Below, in pieces: positions 12,771 to 25,979 of a DNA stretch of 64,000 nucleotides. The position numbers and the translations under genes were made by a program. The notes beneath the pieces were generated by a model. The model saw only the letters and a program-made list of their open reading frames with translations. It was not told the DNA's origin and did not search any database. Positions within the stretch are counted from its first letter, which is position 1; every line of letters starts with the position of its first letter. This stretch comes from Narcine bancroftii. Taxonomy: Eukaryota. The stretch lies in the NCBI RefSeq assembly GCF_036971445.1, contig NC_091469.1, forward strand, positions 342,302,001-342,366,000, in the 5' to 3' direction.

Positions 12771-14384
12771 TTAGTTATTAAAGGAGAATCATGGAAAAAA
12801 CATTCAGTTGAAGTAACATCCCAATACAATTCAACAGCACTGATATTTCTCTACCCAACTATCATAATTCATCTTGGAGTAGGCCATTATTGAAAGAGAA
12901 AATATATCTGACTTGGGAAAATAGTCGTCATGACTCCCTTGGCTGATAGAATGATCTGGGGGTCAGGTTGAGGACATCACAAAGCAGCACAGCCAACACA
13001 GAATGGATGCAAAATTCATGGATGAAGAAAGGGTGTCTATGTTCCAGGCGGACATAAAGAAATAACCATGTTATGCCCTATTTTCAGTTAACCAGTAAGT
13101 CTGCAGATGCTGAGGTCAAGTGCAATACACGAATGTGCTGGAGAAACTCAATGCCCTATTTAGATACTTCAAACCTTAATAGAAATTAGATAATTACAGC
13201 TAACGTGCAACCTGATTGAGCAAGTTAACCTAGGTCCATTTCCTACACGCTGTGAGCTCTGATCTGGTGACATTTCATAGACTCTAACTGTCTTCTGACA
13301 TCCGGCAGTCTAATTAAGATGAATAACGTAACCTGAGATGAATGCTGGTGTCATGCAATCTTAGTTCATGCAGAGGCCATGATGGTTATAATTTTAAAAA
13401 TACATATCATCAGTCATCTATTGGGCCGCAAGATCATAAAATTGTTACAGCTCAGCTCTTGGTATGGGTATAGGATGGGTGGAATCAAATGTGCTACTTG
13501 TGAAATGTTAGATCTAACTTTCCTTTCCATGACCCACTTGGAAACTGCAGAGGTTGAAGGCATCTTGGAAGAGAACACGTTGCTCGCAAAGACTCAATTA
13601 TTGTAAGACAAAATTAATACAATTTAGGCTCTTTGTTACCTGTATTCCAGTTTCTACATAAAGTTTGGCATTACAACAAAGCAAATCCTTCAGAATGATT
13701 GATGGGAACAACATTAAACTGTGGGAATTGAAACAAAAAGTCTGGCAATTAGCCACACCTTGAATCCAGTGACAGAAGGCACAAACAAAGAATCAATAAA
13801 TTCTTTGAGCAGAAGTATGAGACACTTATTTATCTCAGAGAGGTATTGAGGAAAGAGAACATTTTAAAATCACTGTGATGAAACTAGAATGGATAATGCA
13901 CATTTTAAAATGCAGATGAATGTACACTGTCAACTTTGATTGCTAGTTAACACCTTAACCCTGTGGAAAGATTCCACAGAAATTTTTATTGCTTCATATT
14001 TGCTCACAACCATAACTGAACAACACATGACAATAGCATCAAAAGACTATTAACCACTTGATAAACTTTTGCTACATTTGTTGAAGCCTTTCTTATAACC
14101 CTGACTGTCACATTAACAAACATCTAAAAGTAAATATAAAACAAACATTGAAGGTAAAGCAAGATGTACAGCCCGTGATCAGTAAAATGGTTAAAGTAAT
14201 CATATCCCATGGGAGTTAAGTTAATGTGAGAGTTTTTTAGCATGGTCCATGCTGACCAAATTATCCACTTGAGCTAGACGCATTTGCCCATGCACGGCTA
14301 TACCTCTATAAAAATCTGTTGGCTTGTCTAAATGACTTTTAAACATTGTTAACGTAGTTTATCATTATTATGCTTTTTATTTAT

Positions 14385-14615
14385 TTTTAAATTTTAGACA
14401 TACAGCATGGTAACAGGCCATTTTGGCCCACGAGCCCATGCCGCCTAATTACACCCAATGAACCTACAACCCCTGGTATATTTGAATGGTGGGAGGGAAC
14501 TGGAGGAAACCCATGCAGACATGGGGAGAACTTACAAACTCCTTGCAGACTGCTCGGGAGTTGAACCCCGGTCCCATTTGCTGGCTCTGTAACACCACTC
14601 TGCTAACCATGCTGC
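14385..14615 (-). mobile_element. tRNA-derived SINE
   Basis: Full reverse-complement SINE with B-box (plus GGGAGTTGAACCC) and A-rich tail at left. Confidence 0.85.
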
Positions 14616-15115
14616 TTATTTTATTCTAATAACATAAAACACCTCCTTTTGAGCATGCAACAAAATATGAATCAGATTTATGTTGCTCAGTGGAACAGAA
14701 AGAGGCTGCAGAATCTTGAAATAATGACTATTACAATGGATATTTACCTCTAAAAATAAAACTCAGAAGGAATAAATTAATGCCACATTTCTTCACATCT
14801 TTAGAGATCAGAAAGGGAAAATCCACTATCATTTCAAATGAGTGAGTGTAACCAAAATCAACCTCTTCCAAGAAGGAACAAATAACTTATTGCCTTCTAC
14901 TTCTTAATTTTAGAATTTGTCACTGTGGAAGCCATAAAAGACATTGAAACTCATGAAAGCCATGATATATGATATCAATAGAATTTTGCATCAATCAAGA
15001 TGCAGAAATGTGTATTGATATTTAAATCACCAGTTCGCAACGCTGTTGCTTTGATAGAGTAATTCTCTCCTTGCAATGCTTGTATTTCCTTTCTACTTCA
15101 CATTATGTTGTATAG

Positions 15116-15499
15116 AAGCTTTTTCAGGTGCATTCTACGCCAAGAATGCGCCTGAAGAAGCAGAAGTGGCCCTTTAAATTGCTGTTCAGGTGGCAGCATT
15201 TAAAGCGCAACATTAGCCACCTGAAGGACACAGCTGCACAGGATGCGGCTCTGAGCACACTCCGGCTCCTGCCCAGTGTCAGCTGTGATCAGCAGCTTGA
15301 CCCTTTAACATCCGCTTTCAGCCAGCTGCATTCAGGTGGCTGGGGGAGCCACTGAGCTGAGCTGATTATCCCTCTCGGAGGAGGGTTACGTAGCTTGCCT
15401 CAAAAGCGCCTTCTGCACATTCAGGTGGCCTCAAAACGGCCGCATATTGGCTAAACATGTGGCTTTACATGCGGGGCAATTGGTCTCCTGAAAGTGCCT
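15116..15499. mobile_element. PIF/Harbinger-like MITE
   Basis: Imperfect TIRs AAGCTTTTTCAGG / CCTGAAAGTGCCT; 3-bp TSD TAG (15113-15115 and 15500-15502); repeated TTCAGGTGGC motif; GATTATCCCTCTCGGAG core shared with the 23596 and 43071 elements. Confidence 0.7.
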
Positions 15500-15854
15500 T
15501 AGGTTTAACTATGGCTATCTAACACAAGCAATGGCAGAAGGAACATTAAAGTGATTTCACAAAGTGACAAATGTAAAGTGATGTCAGTAATGCAAAATGA
15601 AATTGGGCATCTTGTTGGGTGTAGAGTTTATACATATGAGAAAATTAAAGTAATTGAGTCAAACTGGACAGGGAAAGTCAGCAGATGGGCTGAGAAATTG
15701 GTTATCTGCAGAGGTAAGATTGAAGGTAAGCATATTCCTGTTTAATAAGTAGACTGGTTCTGCCAGAATTGAACTGCCATGACATTTCAAAAATATAAAC
15801 CCAGATTTTCTTTTATTTATTACATGATAGAAACTGATCCTGGCTATTGAAACC

Positions 15855-16010
15855 TGGGCTGCCCAATTAACCTGCATACATTTTGGAGGGTGGGAGGAAG
15901 CTGGGGTATACAGGGAAAACCCATACAAGTCATGGGGAGAATGTACAAACTCCTTACGGATAGTGCCAGATTTGAACCCGGGTCGCTGGTGCTGTAATAG
16001 CGCCGTACTA
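15855..16010 (-). mobile_element. tRNA-derived SINE (partial)
   Basis: GGGAGAATGTACAAACTCCTTACGGATAGTGCCAGATTTGAACCCGGGTCGCTGG. Confidence 0.8.
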
Positions 16011-16249
16011 TGTTGGAAGTTTACTTTGCATATCTGGCATTCCTTGTCCATTGATAAGTTTCTGGATTCTCATGTGAACAGAAGTCACATATTTGCTTTT
16101 TTAAGTTCTGCCAGCCATTTTCTAGCTTCACTCTGATGCTAAGATCCCACAGAGTCCACTGTTGGTTAAAAGACTTGTTGAGAGTCCCCAGCATTAACAC
16201 TGGAATATCGGTTCTGGGATCAAGTGGACAATTAATTCTGATACATGAT

Positions 16250-16480
16250 CTGGCACGGTTAACATTGTGATGAATACAATGCCACTACAGAACCAGTGAC
16301 TCTTGTTCAAATATGGCAGTGTCTGTAAGGAGTTGGTACATTCTCACCATGACCGCATGGGTTTTCTCTGGCAGCTCTGGTTTTATACCATGTTCCAAAG
16401 ACGTGCTGGGTTTGTAGATAAAGTCACATGGGGCATGGGCTTGTGGGCTGGAATGGTCTTTAACTGTGCTACATTTTGTA
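16250..16480 (+). mobile_element. tRNA-derived SINE (diverged)
   Basis: GGCACGGTT...GTCTGTAAGGAGTTGGTACATTCTC...GGGCATGGGCTTGTGGGCTGGAATGG. Confidence 0.7.
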
Positions 16481-16524
16481 ATTAAAGATCCATGGGCTAA
16501 GTGATTTCAATGTGCATTAGAGGA

Positions 16525-17141
16525 CTGTTCGGCTCCGAATCATGGGTCCTCTACCGGCATCACCAACGGACCCTAGAATGCTTCCATCAGCGCTGTCTCC
16601 GCTCCATCCTCAACATTCATTGGAATGACTTCATCACCAACATCGAAGTACTCGAGCTGGCAGAGTCCGCAATCCATGCTGCTGAAGACCCAACTGCGCT
16701 GGGTGGGTAACATCTCCAGAATGGAGGACCATCGCCTTCTCAAGATCATGTTATATGGCAAGCTCTCCACTAGCCACCGAGACAGAGGTGCACCAAAGAA
16801 GAGGTACAAGGACTGCTTAAAGAAATCTCTTGGTGCCTGCCACATTGACCCACCGCCAGTGGGCTGATATCGCCTCCAACCGTGCATCTTGGCGCCTCAC
16901 AGTTTGGCGGGCAGCAACCTCCTTTGAAGAAGACCACAGAGCCCACCTCACTGACAAAAGACAAAGGAGGAAAAACCCAACACCCAACCCCAACCAACCA
17001 ATTTTCCCTTGCAACCGCTGGAAGCGTGCCTGCCTGTCCCGCATCGGACTTGTTAGTCACCAACGAGCCTGCAGCAGACATGGACATACCCCTCCATAAA
17101 TCTTCATCCGCGAAGCCAAGCCAAAGAAAAAAGACGAAGAA
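16525..17141 (+). mobile_element. RTE-clade LINE, 5'-truncated, relatively young
   Basis: [13 protein letters not shown]...[14 protein letters not shown]...[16 protein letters not shown]...KRYKDCLK and a C-terminal C2H2-like CNR...LVSHQRAC; AAGA-rich tail; 10-bp TSD AGAGGACTGT at 16519-16528 and 17142-17151. Confidence 0.92.
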
Positions 17142-17967
17142 AGAGGACTGTGTGGCAGAAAGTTATGTGAGTGAAAAAGTTATGAAAAGAGTTTTGTTGT
17201 TTTAGTCATGCTAAAATTTTAATAACTCTTTAATTTAAATGCATTTGATTTTAATGGATTCTAAATGCTTCTGCATATCAGAAATATTTAAAATAAACAA
17301 CAACTTTGGCTGCTCACAAAAATTTGAGATTCATGGGTGGGTTTTGCTCTGGCCCACCATATCATTATGTCAGGATCTCATTGGTCATGTAAATCAACCT
17401 TCTGGATTCAATTGAGGTAAATTCAGATGAGAGGGCAATGCTAGTGGAAAATGAGGCTGTGGCAGTAAAACTTGTGTCATTACCTGGTTAAAAAGGAAAG
17501 TTTTACAACATTGGTAAAGTGATAGATTCGATATGTTGGTTACTCACCACTGGTTCTCCCAGTGCAATTTTCATTTTGGGGTTTTAACCCTATTAATATT
17601 CCCAGTTTTATATTTTCTTTATCAGTTGAGTCTCGTGGTCATTGCCAAACTACAAAAACGTTCTGATGGTTTTCCTCAGGATATGACCAAATACCTCTTA
17701 GACAGGCTGTCAGATGTGTTTGAAAAGAAAAAAAACAGAAGCATTTACTGAAGAAACAAAAAAAAACGGTTATTTGTTAATCTCGCAGCCCACAGGCTAT
17801 GTTGCAATCAAGCTCAGCAACCAACTAAACTCTGGGAATTGCCAGCAGGTTCTCTGGTTATCTAGACCTATTTGGGTGAAAAGTAAAATTGTTTCTCTTA
17901 CAAGGTTGAACAACCTCCTATTTTCTGTGTCAGCTGAAAGAAATCAGAGGAACAAGGTTATTGACTA

Positions 17968-18397
17968 CTATATATGCTGTTGTATAGGACATCTCTGTAT
18001 AGGATGACCCAAATTTCCACCTAAAATGTTGGTTATGAGCAATATTGTTAAAAGCAAATTACAATTATTTAATAGCAAATTATCATTTAAAGGTTTAAAT
18101 TTTATTTGGGATATTTCAAAATATACCATTGTCGGCTCCTGTACCAGGTGGTTTAAAGCTTGTACAGAGTTGACAGCAGTTGGACTGGGCAAATGAACCC
18201 TGTGGAGAAGCACTGAGACTTCGAAAATAACTAATGGGGCATGTGCGAGATTGCATCGGAGCCAGCGGGAAGATGGTAGCGGTGTTGCAATTTTGTTGCC
18301 AAAGTAAGAATTTTACATCCTTTCTATAGGATGACCCCTGATTTTACGGCAATTTTAGAAAAATTTTGAGGGTTGACCTGTACAACGGCATATATGG
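17968..18397. mobile_element. Tc1/mariner (Tc2/pogo-like) MITE
   Basis: TIRs CTATATATGCTGTTGTATAGG / CCTGTACAACGGCATATATGG, each flanked by TA. Confidence 0.75.
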
Positions 18398-18407
18398 TAC
18401 TCATATC

Positions 18408-19272
18408 AGTGTCGCACTATGGAGAAGAGGTGGAAATTCTCATGGTATGGTGCAAGAGTAAAAAGCTGAGAATCAATGTGGACAAAATCAATGAGATGAT
18501 TATGCACTTCTGGAAGACTAGGAATGACCACCCTCAACTACATATCAGTAACTCTGTAGTGGGGAGAGTGGTGAGCACCAAGTTCCGTGGGGTCCACTTA
18601 ATTAGTTGACCTATCATAGAAACTCAACATCTCCTTATTTTGTCAGGAAGGTGCAACAGTGAAAGCACAGTGAAACCATTTCTTGAGAAGACTGAAGCCG
18701 GAAAGGCTGCCAGGAACCATCATGTCAATCTTCTACAGAAGCTCTATCGAGAGCATACTGTCCAGCTGTACGGTTGCTGCAGAGAAATGGCTTGGAGGCC
18801 AATCCACAGGACCATAAGAGTGGCAGAGACGATCAGTGGTGTCTCCCTCCCCAACCCCCCCCCCCCACCCCACCATTAACGTGATCTACTGCGATCGTTG
18901 TCTGAAAAGGGCGCGCAGAATCATTAAGGACCCCCTTCAATCCTGCACACAGCATCTTTCAGCTGCTCCCATCAGGAAAGAGATACAGGAGTATCAGAGC
19001 CAGCACCACCAGATTGAGGAACAGCTTCTTCCCACAGTCAGTAAGAATGCTGAATGACCAAAAGAACCGCTCACACTAACCATCCGAGATTCTCATATTT
19101 ACAAGACAATATTTATTTATTCATTCATATATAAATATATATGAATACTTATCCTGCATATGTATTGTTTGTCTGTATGTTTGTGTATCTGTGTGTTTTA
19201 CAAGAAGGTCTGGAGAAAGCTGTTTCATCGGGATGTACTTGTACAATCAGAAGACAAATAAACTTGACTTGA
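18408..19272 (+). mobile_element. Rex1/Babar LINE, 3' fragment (subfamily B)
   Basis: LRINVDKINEMIMHF...VVSTKFRGVH...RIIKDP; AATAAA plus (CTTGA)n tail. Confidence 0.85.
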
Positions 19273-19289
19273 GTTGTTGGAATTTACGA

Positions 19290-20125
19290 TGATGATAAAT
19301 GAGTTTGTTGTCATACATATTGTACAATTTTTACTTGGTGAAGTCAAAGAGATACTTGTAAAGAAAACATATTATTGTAAACTAACTGAATTAAATTAAA
19401 AGAGACAATAAATACAAAAGATAGATACCTGTATAAATATTCACAGTAATCCTGGTGCCAAAATTAGTGAATTGCAATAGTATAGATAATTCTCGATTAA
19501 TGTATCAAGGGGAGGTTCAAGAGTCGATAGATGTTGGAAAGAATCAGTTCTTGAATCTAGAGGTGTTGCTTTTCAGGCTTCTGTAGTTTCTACCCAAAAG
19601 TGGCAGTGAGAAGAGGTTGTGATCAGGGTCCTTTATGATGTTGACTGCCTTCTTGATGCAGCACATCACATAGATGTCTGCACTGGATGGGAGGGAGGTC
19701 AGGATCTGACTAGGTTTTCTACCTTCTGCAGATGTCTGCCTTCCTGGGCAGTCGAATTTCCAAATCAGACTATAATTCAACCAACCAGTAGACTTTCCAC
19801 CGTGCATCTGTTAAAGTTTGATGGAATACCAGATGACATGCCAAATCTCCTCAGACTGCTTAGGATAAAAAGGCATTGGTGTTCCTTCATGATTACCTCA
19901 ATTGCTGGCCCAAGGAAAGGTCAGCTGAAATATAGACTCCCAGGAGCTTGAAGGTTTTAACTCTCTCCACCTCTGTTCCATCAATGGGAACATGTATGTG
20001 GTCCCTCCGCCTCTCCTTCCTAATATCATCAGTCATCTCCATGGCCTTGATGATGCTGAGTGCAAGATTGTTATTTTGGCACCACCACACCAGATTCTCA
20101 ACCTCGTTACTGCATTTTGTACATG
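19290..20125 (-). mobile_element. Rex1/Babar LINE, 3' fragment
   Basis: EVENLVWWCQNNNLALS...VERVKTFKLLGV...IKKAVNIIKDP...GRNYRSLKSNTSRFKN. Confidence 0.85.
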
Positions 20126-20637
20126 ATGTCCAGCCACATTGGTGAAGAATGGAATGACATCTTCCAGTAATGGAAGGCAAACCAGTTAACAAAGCTGCTT
20201 TAAGTGATATTGAGCTTCATGAGAATTGCTCTTGAATGTTATGAAAATAGACATTCAGACACTCTTGATCTGAGTTTTATAAATAGTGGAAGTACCTTCA
20301 GATATCAAGAGGTGAGCTACTCACCACAGAATACCCAATCTTTGATGTTTTCTTATAATCATGGCATTTATGTAACTGGTTCATTTAAGCTTCTGGTCAA
20401 TGCTATCTCCCAGGATGTTGAATGTCAAGAGTATGTGGTAGATTCTCTCTTGTGGGAGATGATTAATGCCTGGTATTGCCGTAGTGTGAATGTTATTTGC
20501 CACTAATCAGCTCATGAATGAATGTGGTCTAGCTGTTGCTACATGCCAGTATGGATTGCTTCATTTGCAGAGGGACTTGAGAATGGAACTGAATACCATC
20601 ACCAAACATTTCTACTTTGATCTTTATCATTTAAGCA

Positions 20638-20850
20638 AGGTTAGTGTAGCTTTTAGGACAATGCTATTATGACCCTAGATTTGAATCTGTCGCTGTCTTT
20701 AAGGTATTTCTAAATTGTCCCCATATCTGCATGGCTTTCCTCTGGCTGACTGGTTTTCTCCCATGTTCTAAAACATACAGGGTTAATGTGTTTGGATGGC
20801 ATGGGGTCATGGTCCAAAATGGCCTGTTACCATACTGCATCTTTACATTA
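20638..20850 (+). mobile_element. tRNA-derived SINE (diverged)
   Basis: GGTTAGTGTAGC...GATTTGAATCTGTCGCTGTC...GGCCTGTTACCATACTG. Confidence 0.7.
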
Positions 20851-22454
20851 AATAACATTAAGTTAAGGATTATAGATGAAGTAGGTGAAGACTGAAGGAC
20901 CTTGAACACTTGTCTGAACCAAAGATGAATTTATGTATCCAAAAAAGACACAAATCTTTTAGATTGGATGGTGTTCAAATGCTTCAATAGGTTTATCTTT
21001 TTCAGTGCAGCATAAGGTTGTGAAGATTGACAAAGACAATGAATCCCATCATTTTAGTTCAGCACTGACTCTAGTTAACCTTGGTTTGACATGAATTCTT
21101 CAACTAGTCATTAACCTATATCTGTTTGTTCAAAAGGTTACTGCTCTTGAGTGGCTTACCAGCTTCTTAAAGTTTCACATTGTTGACACTCCACTGGCAT
21201 TTTCTGGCTTGATCATTATTGATTATATTATTTTTAGATGTCCGAGGTGTTTGCTCCAGCATTGCAGGAACAAAGCTTTAGTTAATAAATATTCAGGATT
21301 GTTGAGCAATGTTTGCTACAGTTTAATTTATAATTTGAGATAAATGACAGATAATTATTAAATATCCATTTAAATAAAAAGATATTATTCTTGAACATCC
21401 AATTACATTAATCAGCAAAGAAATATATTATTTTAAAAAAAGAAATTGATCCCCCAACTTGAATAGAAGATGTAACAGGAAGAACGTGATTATGTTCTGG
21501 TTTTGCTACAGCTGAAACTCTATGATGTACATCTGCTGTCATTAAAGGGTGGAACCCACAACTGGTAGTTTTACCTCAGTGCAGTCAGAAGGGCCTTAAA
21601 GCAAAAATAAATAAACACTCCTCTGAAAATCTGTCACAAAGTAACTTTACTGGCAGGATGACTGAAAACAACAATCTAAAGGTGAAGGAGTAACTGCTTT
21701 AGTGATGATTTGCACTAAGATTTTATGGGAAATTGCAAGTGTTTCCGAAATCTGATGAATGGCAGGTGCCCAGGCCATTATCTTTCCCGAAGTTAATGCC
21801 CCAGTGATGTAATGTGTCATCTCATTGATGAGGCTTGATGACTGATGCATCGTCTGGCATAAACTTATTCAACATTGCCTTCAGTGCTAAATGGTTCCTC
21901 CCTTCCAAACCTAAACAATTTAGATGCAGATTGAACATGTGGAAACCCATCCCAATTTTGAAATTTTTTTTCATCATCTTGTTCTGGGAAACGAGTGAAA
22001 ATGGTTCAATTTTCTTGTTAACTTTTTATTTCTTCTCAGCAATGATCAGATTTAAAAAAAAAGAATTAAGTCTATTTCATTCCATAGCCTCTATAGATGT
22101 AGCTGGCAACTTGGTTTCATTGTATATTTATAATATAATAATTATGCAAACACTTTAGATCCCATTGCTGTTAAATTTCATTAGCCATTCATTGCCATAT
22201 GTCTAGTCATTTGCAACCAAAAATTAGATCCTGTAAATCAATTATTGAAATTTCTTCTGTCCTGTGTGAGTATTTCCCAAGATCAATGTCCTATCTACAA
22301 CTGTGTTATCTGATTTGTTATTTGCAAAGTCACTGAATCTGCTGAGCCAAGCTCAGGTTTGTTAGATACTTTAAGGTTGATTGCATTGTGCAATGGGGGA
22401 GATTCAGGAGTTCTAACGATCTCATGATTCACCATATACATTGCCCAGTAAAAA

Positions 22455-23135
22455 AACAAAAATTCTGGGGAACTCAGCAGGTCTTATAGTGTCCATAAGA
22501 GGTATAGATATATATCCAACATTACGGGCCTGAGCTCTTCTTTAATGTATGAGCAAAAAGCAGGTAGGTGTCTAAATAAAAAGGCTGGGAGAGAAGGCAG
22601 ATAGGGGAAACCAGAGACGTTGCCAACATGGTCTTGTGCACTTAGATTGAGACCACTCATAAATTGGGCAAACAACAGGTCATATTCCACCTCGGCATTC
22701 TTCAATCAGATGGCATTAACATCAACCTCCGGTTTCCATTAGCCCTCCCTTCTCCAAAACCTCCCCCTGTCTCTCCTCTTCCATGATCCTTATTTCTCCT
22801 TTCCTCCGGCTCTGACTCTCTCTTTCTTTCCCTTTCTCTCTGTCTCTTTTACTCCAGTACTGCATTCACAGACCCAACCTGATTGATCCTATCTATATCA
22901 AGTTAGCACCTTTTGTCTGTTGACCTGTGCTCTTTCTCCTGCCCTTTCTTCCCTCACCCAGTGATTTTATTCAGGCTCTTGTTTCTTATTTACTCACACC
23001 TTGAAGAAGGGCTCAGGCCTGACATGTTGGTTCTATATCTTCACCTCCCGTGGATGCTGCAAAAACTGCTGAGTTCTTCCAGTATTTTTGTCTTTTTATT
23101 TGAATCACAGCGTCTGCAGATTTACATGTTTCACT
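22455..23135 (+). mobile_element. Penelope-like element 3' end with an inverted partial pseudo-LTR at its 5' side
   Basis: PLE C-terminal relic (KLGKQQVIFHLGILQSDGINI), CT-rich tract, pLTR with hammerhead-like core; 22458-22610 is an inverted copy of ~22940-23090. Confidence 0.8.
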
Positions 23136-23595
23136 CCATATACTTCGCCTAGATTTATTAATGTCAGATCATTACACAATATGCAGTGTGATGCGAGGAT
23201 GAGAACAATTTCAGCTGAATTTCAAGGATTAGAAAACATCCTGGGAGAGATATTCAAATGTAATGAATTCCTTATTTCAAAAAAGGTTAGCAGTGAGCAG
23301 AAAAAAAAATTCTGGAGCTACAGTAAAAATGGAATTCAATGCAGATAAAAGGAGAACCTTAATAGGCAAATAGAGGATGGACATCCTCAAGGCAAAACTC
23401 TTGTATATACACCTGGCCCTGCTGCTCCACACTTCTCCAACAATAAAGGCTCATGACAAGAACCTGGAAAATGTAGACCATTTAATTATCTTGAGAAACA
23501 TCTCTTTGTAATTTTAAGTAATCAGCACAGCCTTTAACTAATGGAAGACCAAGATCGCAGGCACAGCACAAAGTTCATGACTATTGGGTTACAAT

Positions 23596-24448
23596 AGGCC
23601 ATTTCAGATAGCCAAAAAAGTTGAGATGTAAAGACAGAGAAACTCCGCCAAAATGCATGAAGACCTACCTCTCTGAATGTGCAGAGGCGGTTTCCAAGTT
23701 GCATATTCCAACCCCTCTCCGAGAAGGATAATCTCCACAGTGCAGCCCTCTGATGATCAATCTGAATGTATAGCCGTGCTAAGCGGCTGTTTAGGGGCAG
23801 ACTGATGATGCTGTCAGCCCACAACCCATCTCCCCACTCATCCCTGTCCCTCCAAGTCAATAACAGCGGGGGCTGTCAGTGGGGGCAGACAGGGCAATGG
23901 GAGCTGTCAGTGGGGGCAATCAGGGCAGCGGGAGCTGTCAGCGGGGAATGTCGGGTCAGTGGGAGCAGTCAGCGGGAACCATCGGGGCAGCAGGAGCTGG
24001 CGTGGCAGTAGGGACTGGCATGGCAGTGGGGACTGTCATGGCAGTGGGGAATGTCAGGGCAGTGGGAGCTGTTAGCGTGAACCATCGGGGCAGCAGGAGC
24101 TGGCGGGACAGTAGGGATTGGCATGACAGTGGGGACTGTTAGGGCAATGGGAGCAGTTGGGTAAGCAGGGACTGGTGGGACAGTGGGAGCTGTCCTTTGG
24201 GACTGCTCTCTATGGCTCAAAACACAGCAGAGCAATGGCTGTCTTCCCTACCAATAATTCCCCACACAGCGGCCATTGCTCTGCCGTGTATTGATGACAA
24301 ATGGCACCTGTCGCCCCACCTGCATTGGATCCGGAGGACACTATGAGGCACCTCTGGATATGAATGGGCTGCTGTCTGAAAGGTAAGTTCCCATTTTTTA
24401 TCCGCTCCGTAGCTGGTCTCAAGGTGGAGGCCTGATATGAAATGGCCT
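23596..24448. mobile_element. PIF/Harbinger-like MITE with an internal G-rich minisatellite
   Basis: TIRs AGGCCATTTCA / TGAAATGGCCT; 3-bp TSD AAT; inverted sister copy at 43071-43800. Confidence 0.85.
23865..24195 (+). repeat. Degenerate ~18-bp G-rich minisatellite (units such as GGCAGTGGGGACTGTCAT)
   Basis: About 18 tandem diverged units, directly visible. Confidence 0.8.
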
Positions 24449-24984
24449 AATAATTAGCACCTTCCATTATGCTCTAGAAACTCAAAGACAGCTCAAAGCT
24501 ATAGAAAAACACTACTAATGTTTTGATTAGCACCATTTTTGGTGCAAATGTGGTGAGATGAGGAGCCTGTTCCCTCACTGTACTGTTGATACTTATATTT
24601 TTTTCGATTATTGGAGATGTGTCTTTCCTTTGATTTTTTTTCCATTGCAGTGTAGCTATTTAAATGTCTGAAAAGTTCCCTCAAATGTTTTCTTCAGCAT
24701 CTGGACTGATAGATCCTTTAACCTAATTTTCCAGATCACTTAGTAGCTGTGCTTGCTTTCCCTTATTTAATTTTAAAACACTGTTGTTGGGCCCATTTTT
24801 CAGGCCAAATGCAATCATTTTACAATCATTGTTCTTTGAGACATTTTCATAATGAGAGCATTCATAATCCCGTCTCATGGTTCCAGAATGTGCTGTTCTA
24901 GCAAACTAGCCTGCAAAAACTTCATGAACTCTACAACTGGGCTACTTTTGTCTATCTGATTTTTTCCAGTCTACATACTAATTA

Positions 24985-25145
24985 CTGTATATTTCAGTGT
25001 AAAGTTGAGTTGTAAAACCCTAAAAAATCACTCCAAAAATGGGGGTCGACTTATATGCCAAATATACCATAAAACCATTAAAATTAAGTTTAAAAAAAAA
25101 GGGGTCAACCTATCTGCCAGTCGACTTGTACACTGAAATATATGG
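24985..25145. mobile_element. Short Tc2/pogo-like MITE (161 bp)
   Basis: TIRs CTGTATATTTCAGTGTAAAG / CTTGTACACTGAAATATATGG, TA on both sides; repeated GTCGACTT subterminal motif. Confidence 0.75.
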
Positions 25146-25979
25146 TAAATTCATCCATGATTATTGGTGTTCCTTTCTGACAAGTACCTATTACTTCTTT
25201 ACTTCTGCTCTGCCATATATGATTGCTGTTAGGCACCTGTACATCATTCCTACAAATAACGTCTGGACTTTGCTTCTCATCTCTACCCAAATCACTTCTA
25301 CACCTTGGTTTCTGCAACTTTGGTCAATCTTTTCAAATGCCACCACTAATTAACCTTTTCTCAAAATCCCATCCTTCCTAAATATATCATATTCCTTTCA
25401 TAAACTCAGGACCTGGTTTGGGGTTTGTCATTCTAGGACCCTGTCTGTATCCTGGCAAGCAGATAATATTTATTTATTTCTATCTGTACTTTTAATTTAT
25501 CTGCTTTGTTTCAAATGCTGCCTGCATTAAATACAGCGTCTTCAGATTTGTTCTTTCATTATTTTTAGAATCTCAAGCCTCATTTACTGATTGAATCTAT
25601 TGCTTTTTCCACAGAAAAGCTATAACAATAGTCTAACTTTGATTAATTTATAAGTAATTTGATTGGGGACAATATTGATGCCCCCATTGGTGCCTGCTAA
25701 ATGAAGCTTCTGGGTATTCATTGGGCTGAGCCTGAAATGACTTGGCAGGTTGCCTTAGATGATATTCCCTGTCTCCTGTGCCTTCAAACTCAAACTTGCA
25801 GATGAATCTTTGTGTCAGACATATGATGTTTCTTTTCAAATGAAAATTGGATTTTCACAGGTTGATTGAAAAGGAAATCAAATGCTACTGTGATCTAAAT
25901 TATAGCTTTGATGCAAAGAATTATTTTCTTATTCTGATAGAGGAATTAATGACTTTAACTTTAATGACTGAGTTCAGAA

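Noticed and set aside
18846-18873. C-rich run as a regulatory G-quadruplex
   Set aside because: Local poly-C expansion inside a dead Rex1 copy; similar runs at ~44456 and ~51431 have no supporting context
23865-24195. CRISPR-like array or repetitive-protein ORFs
   Set aside because: Contiguous degenerate tandem units with no unique spacers, inside a MITE, in eukaryotic DNA with no cas genes
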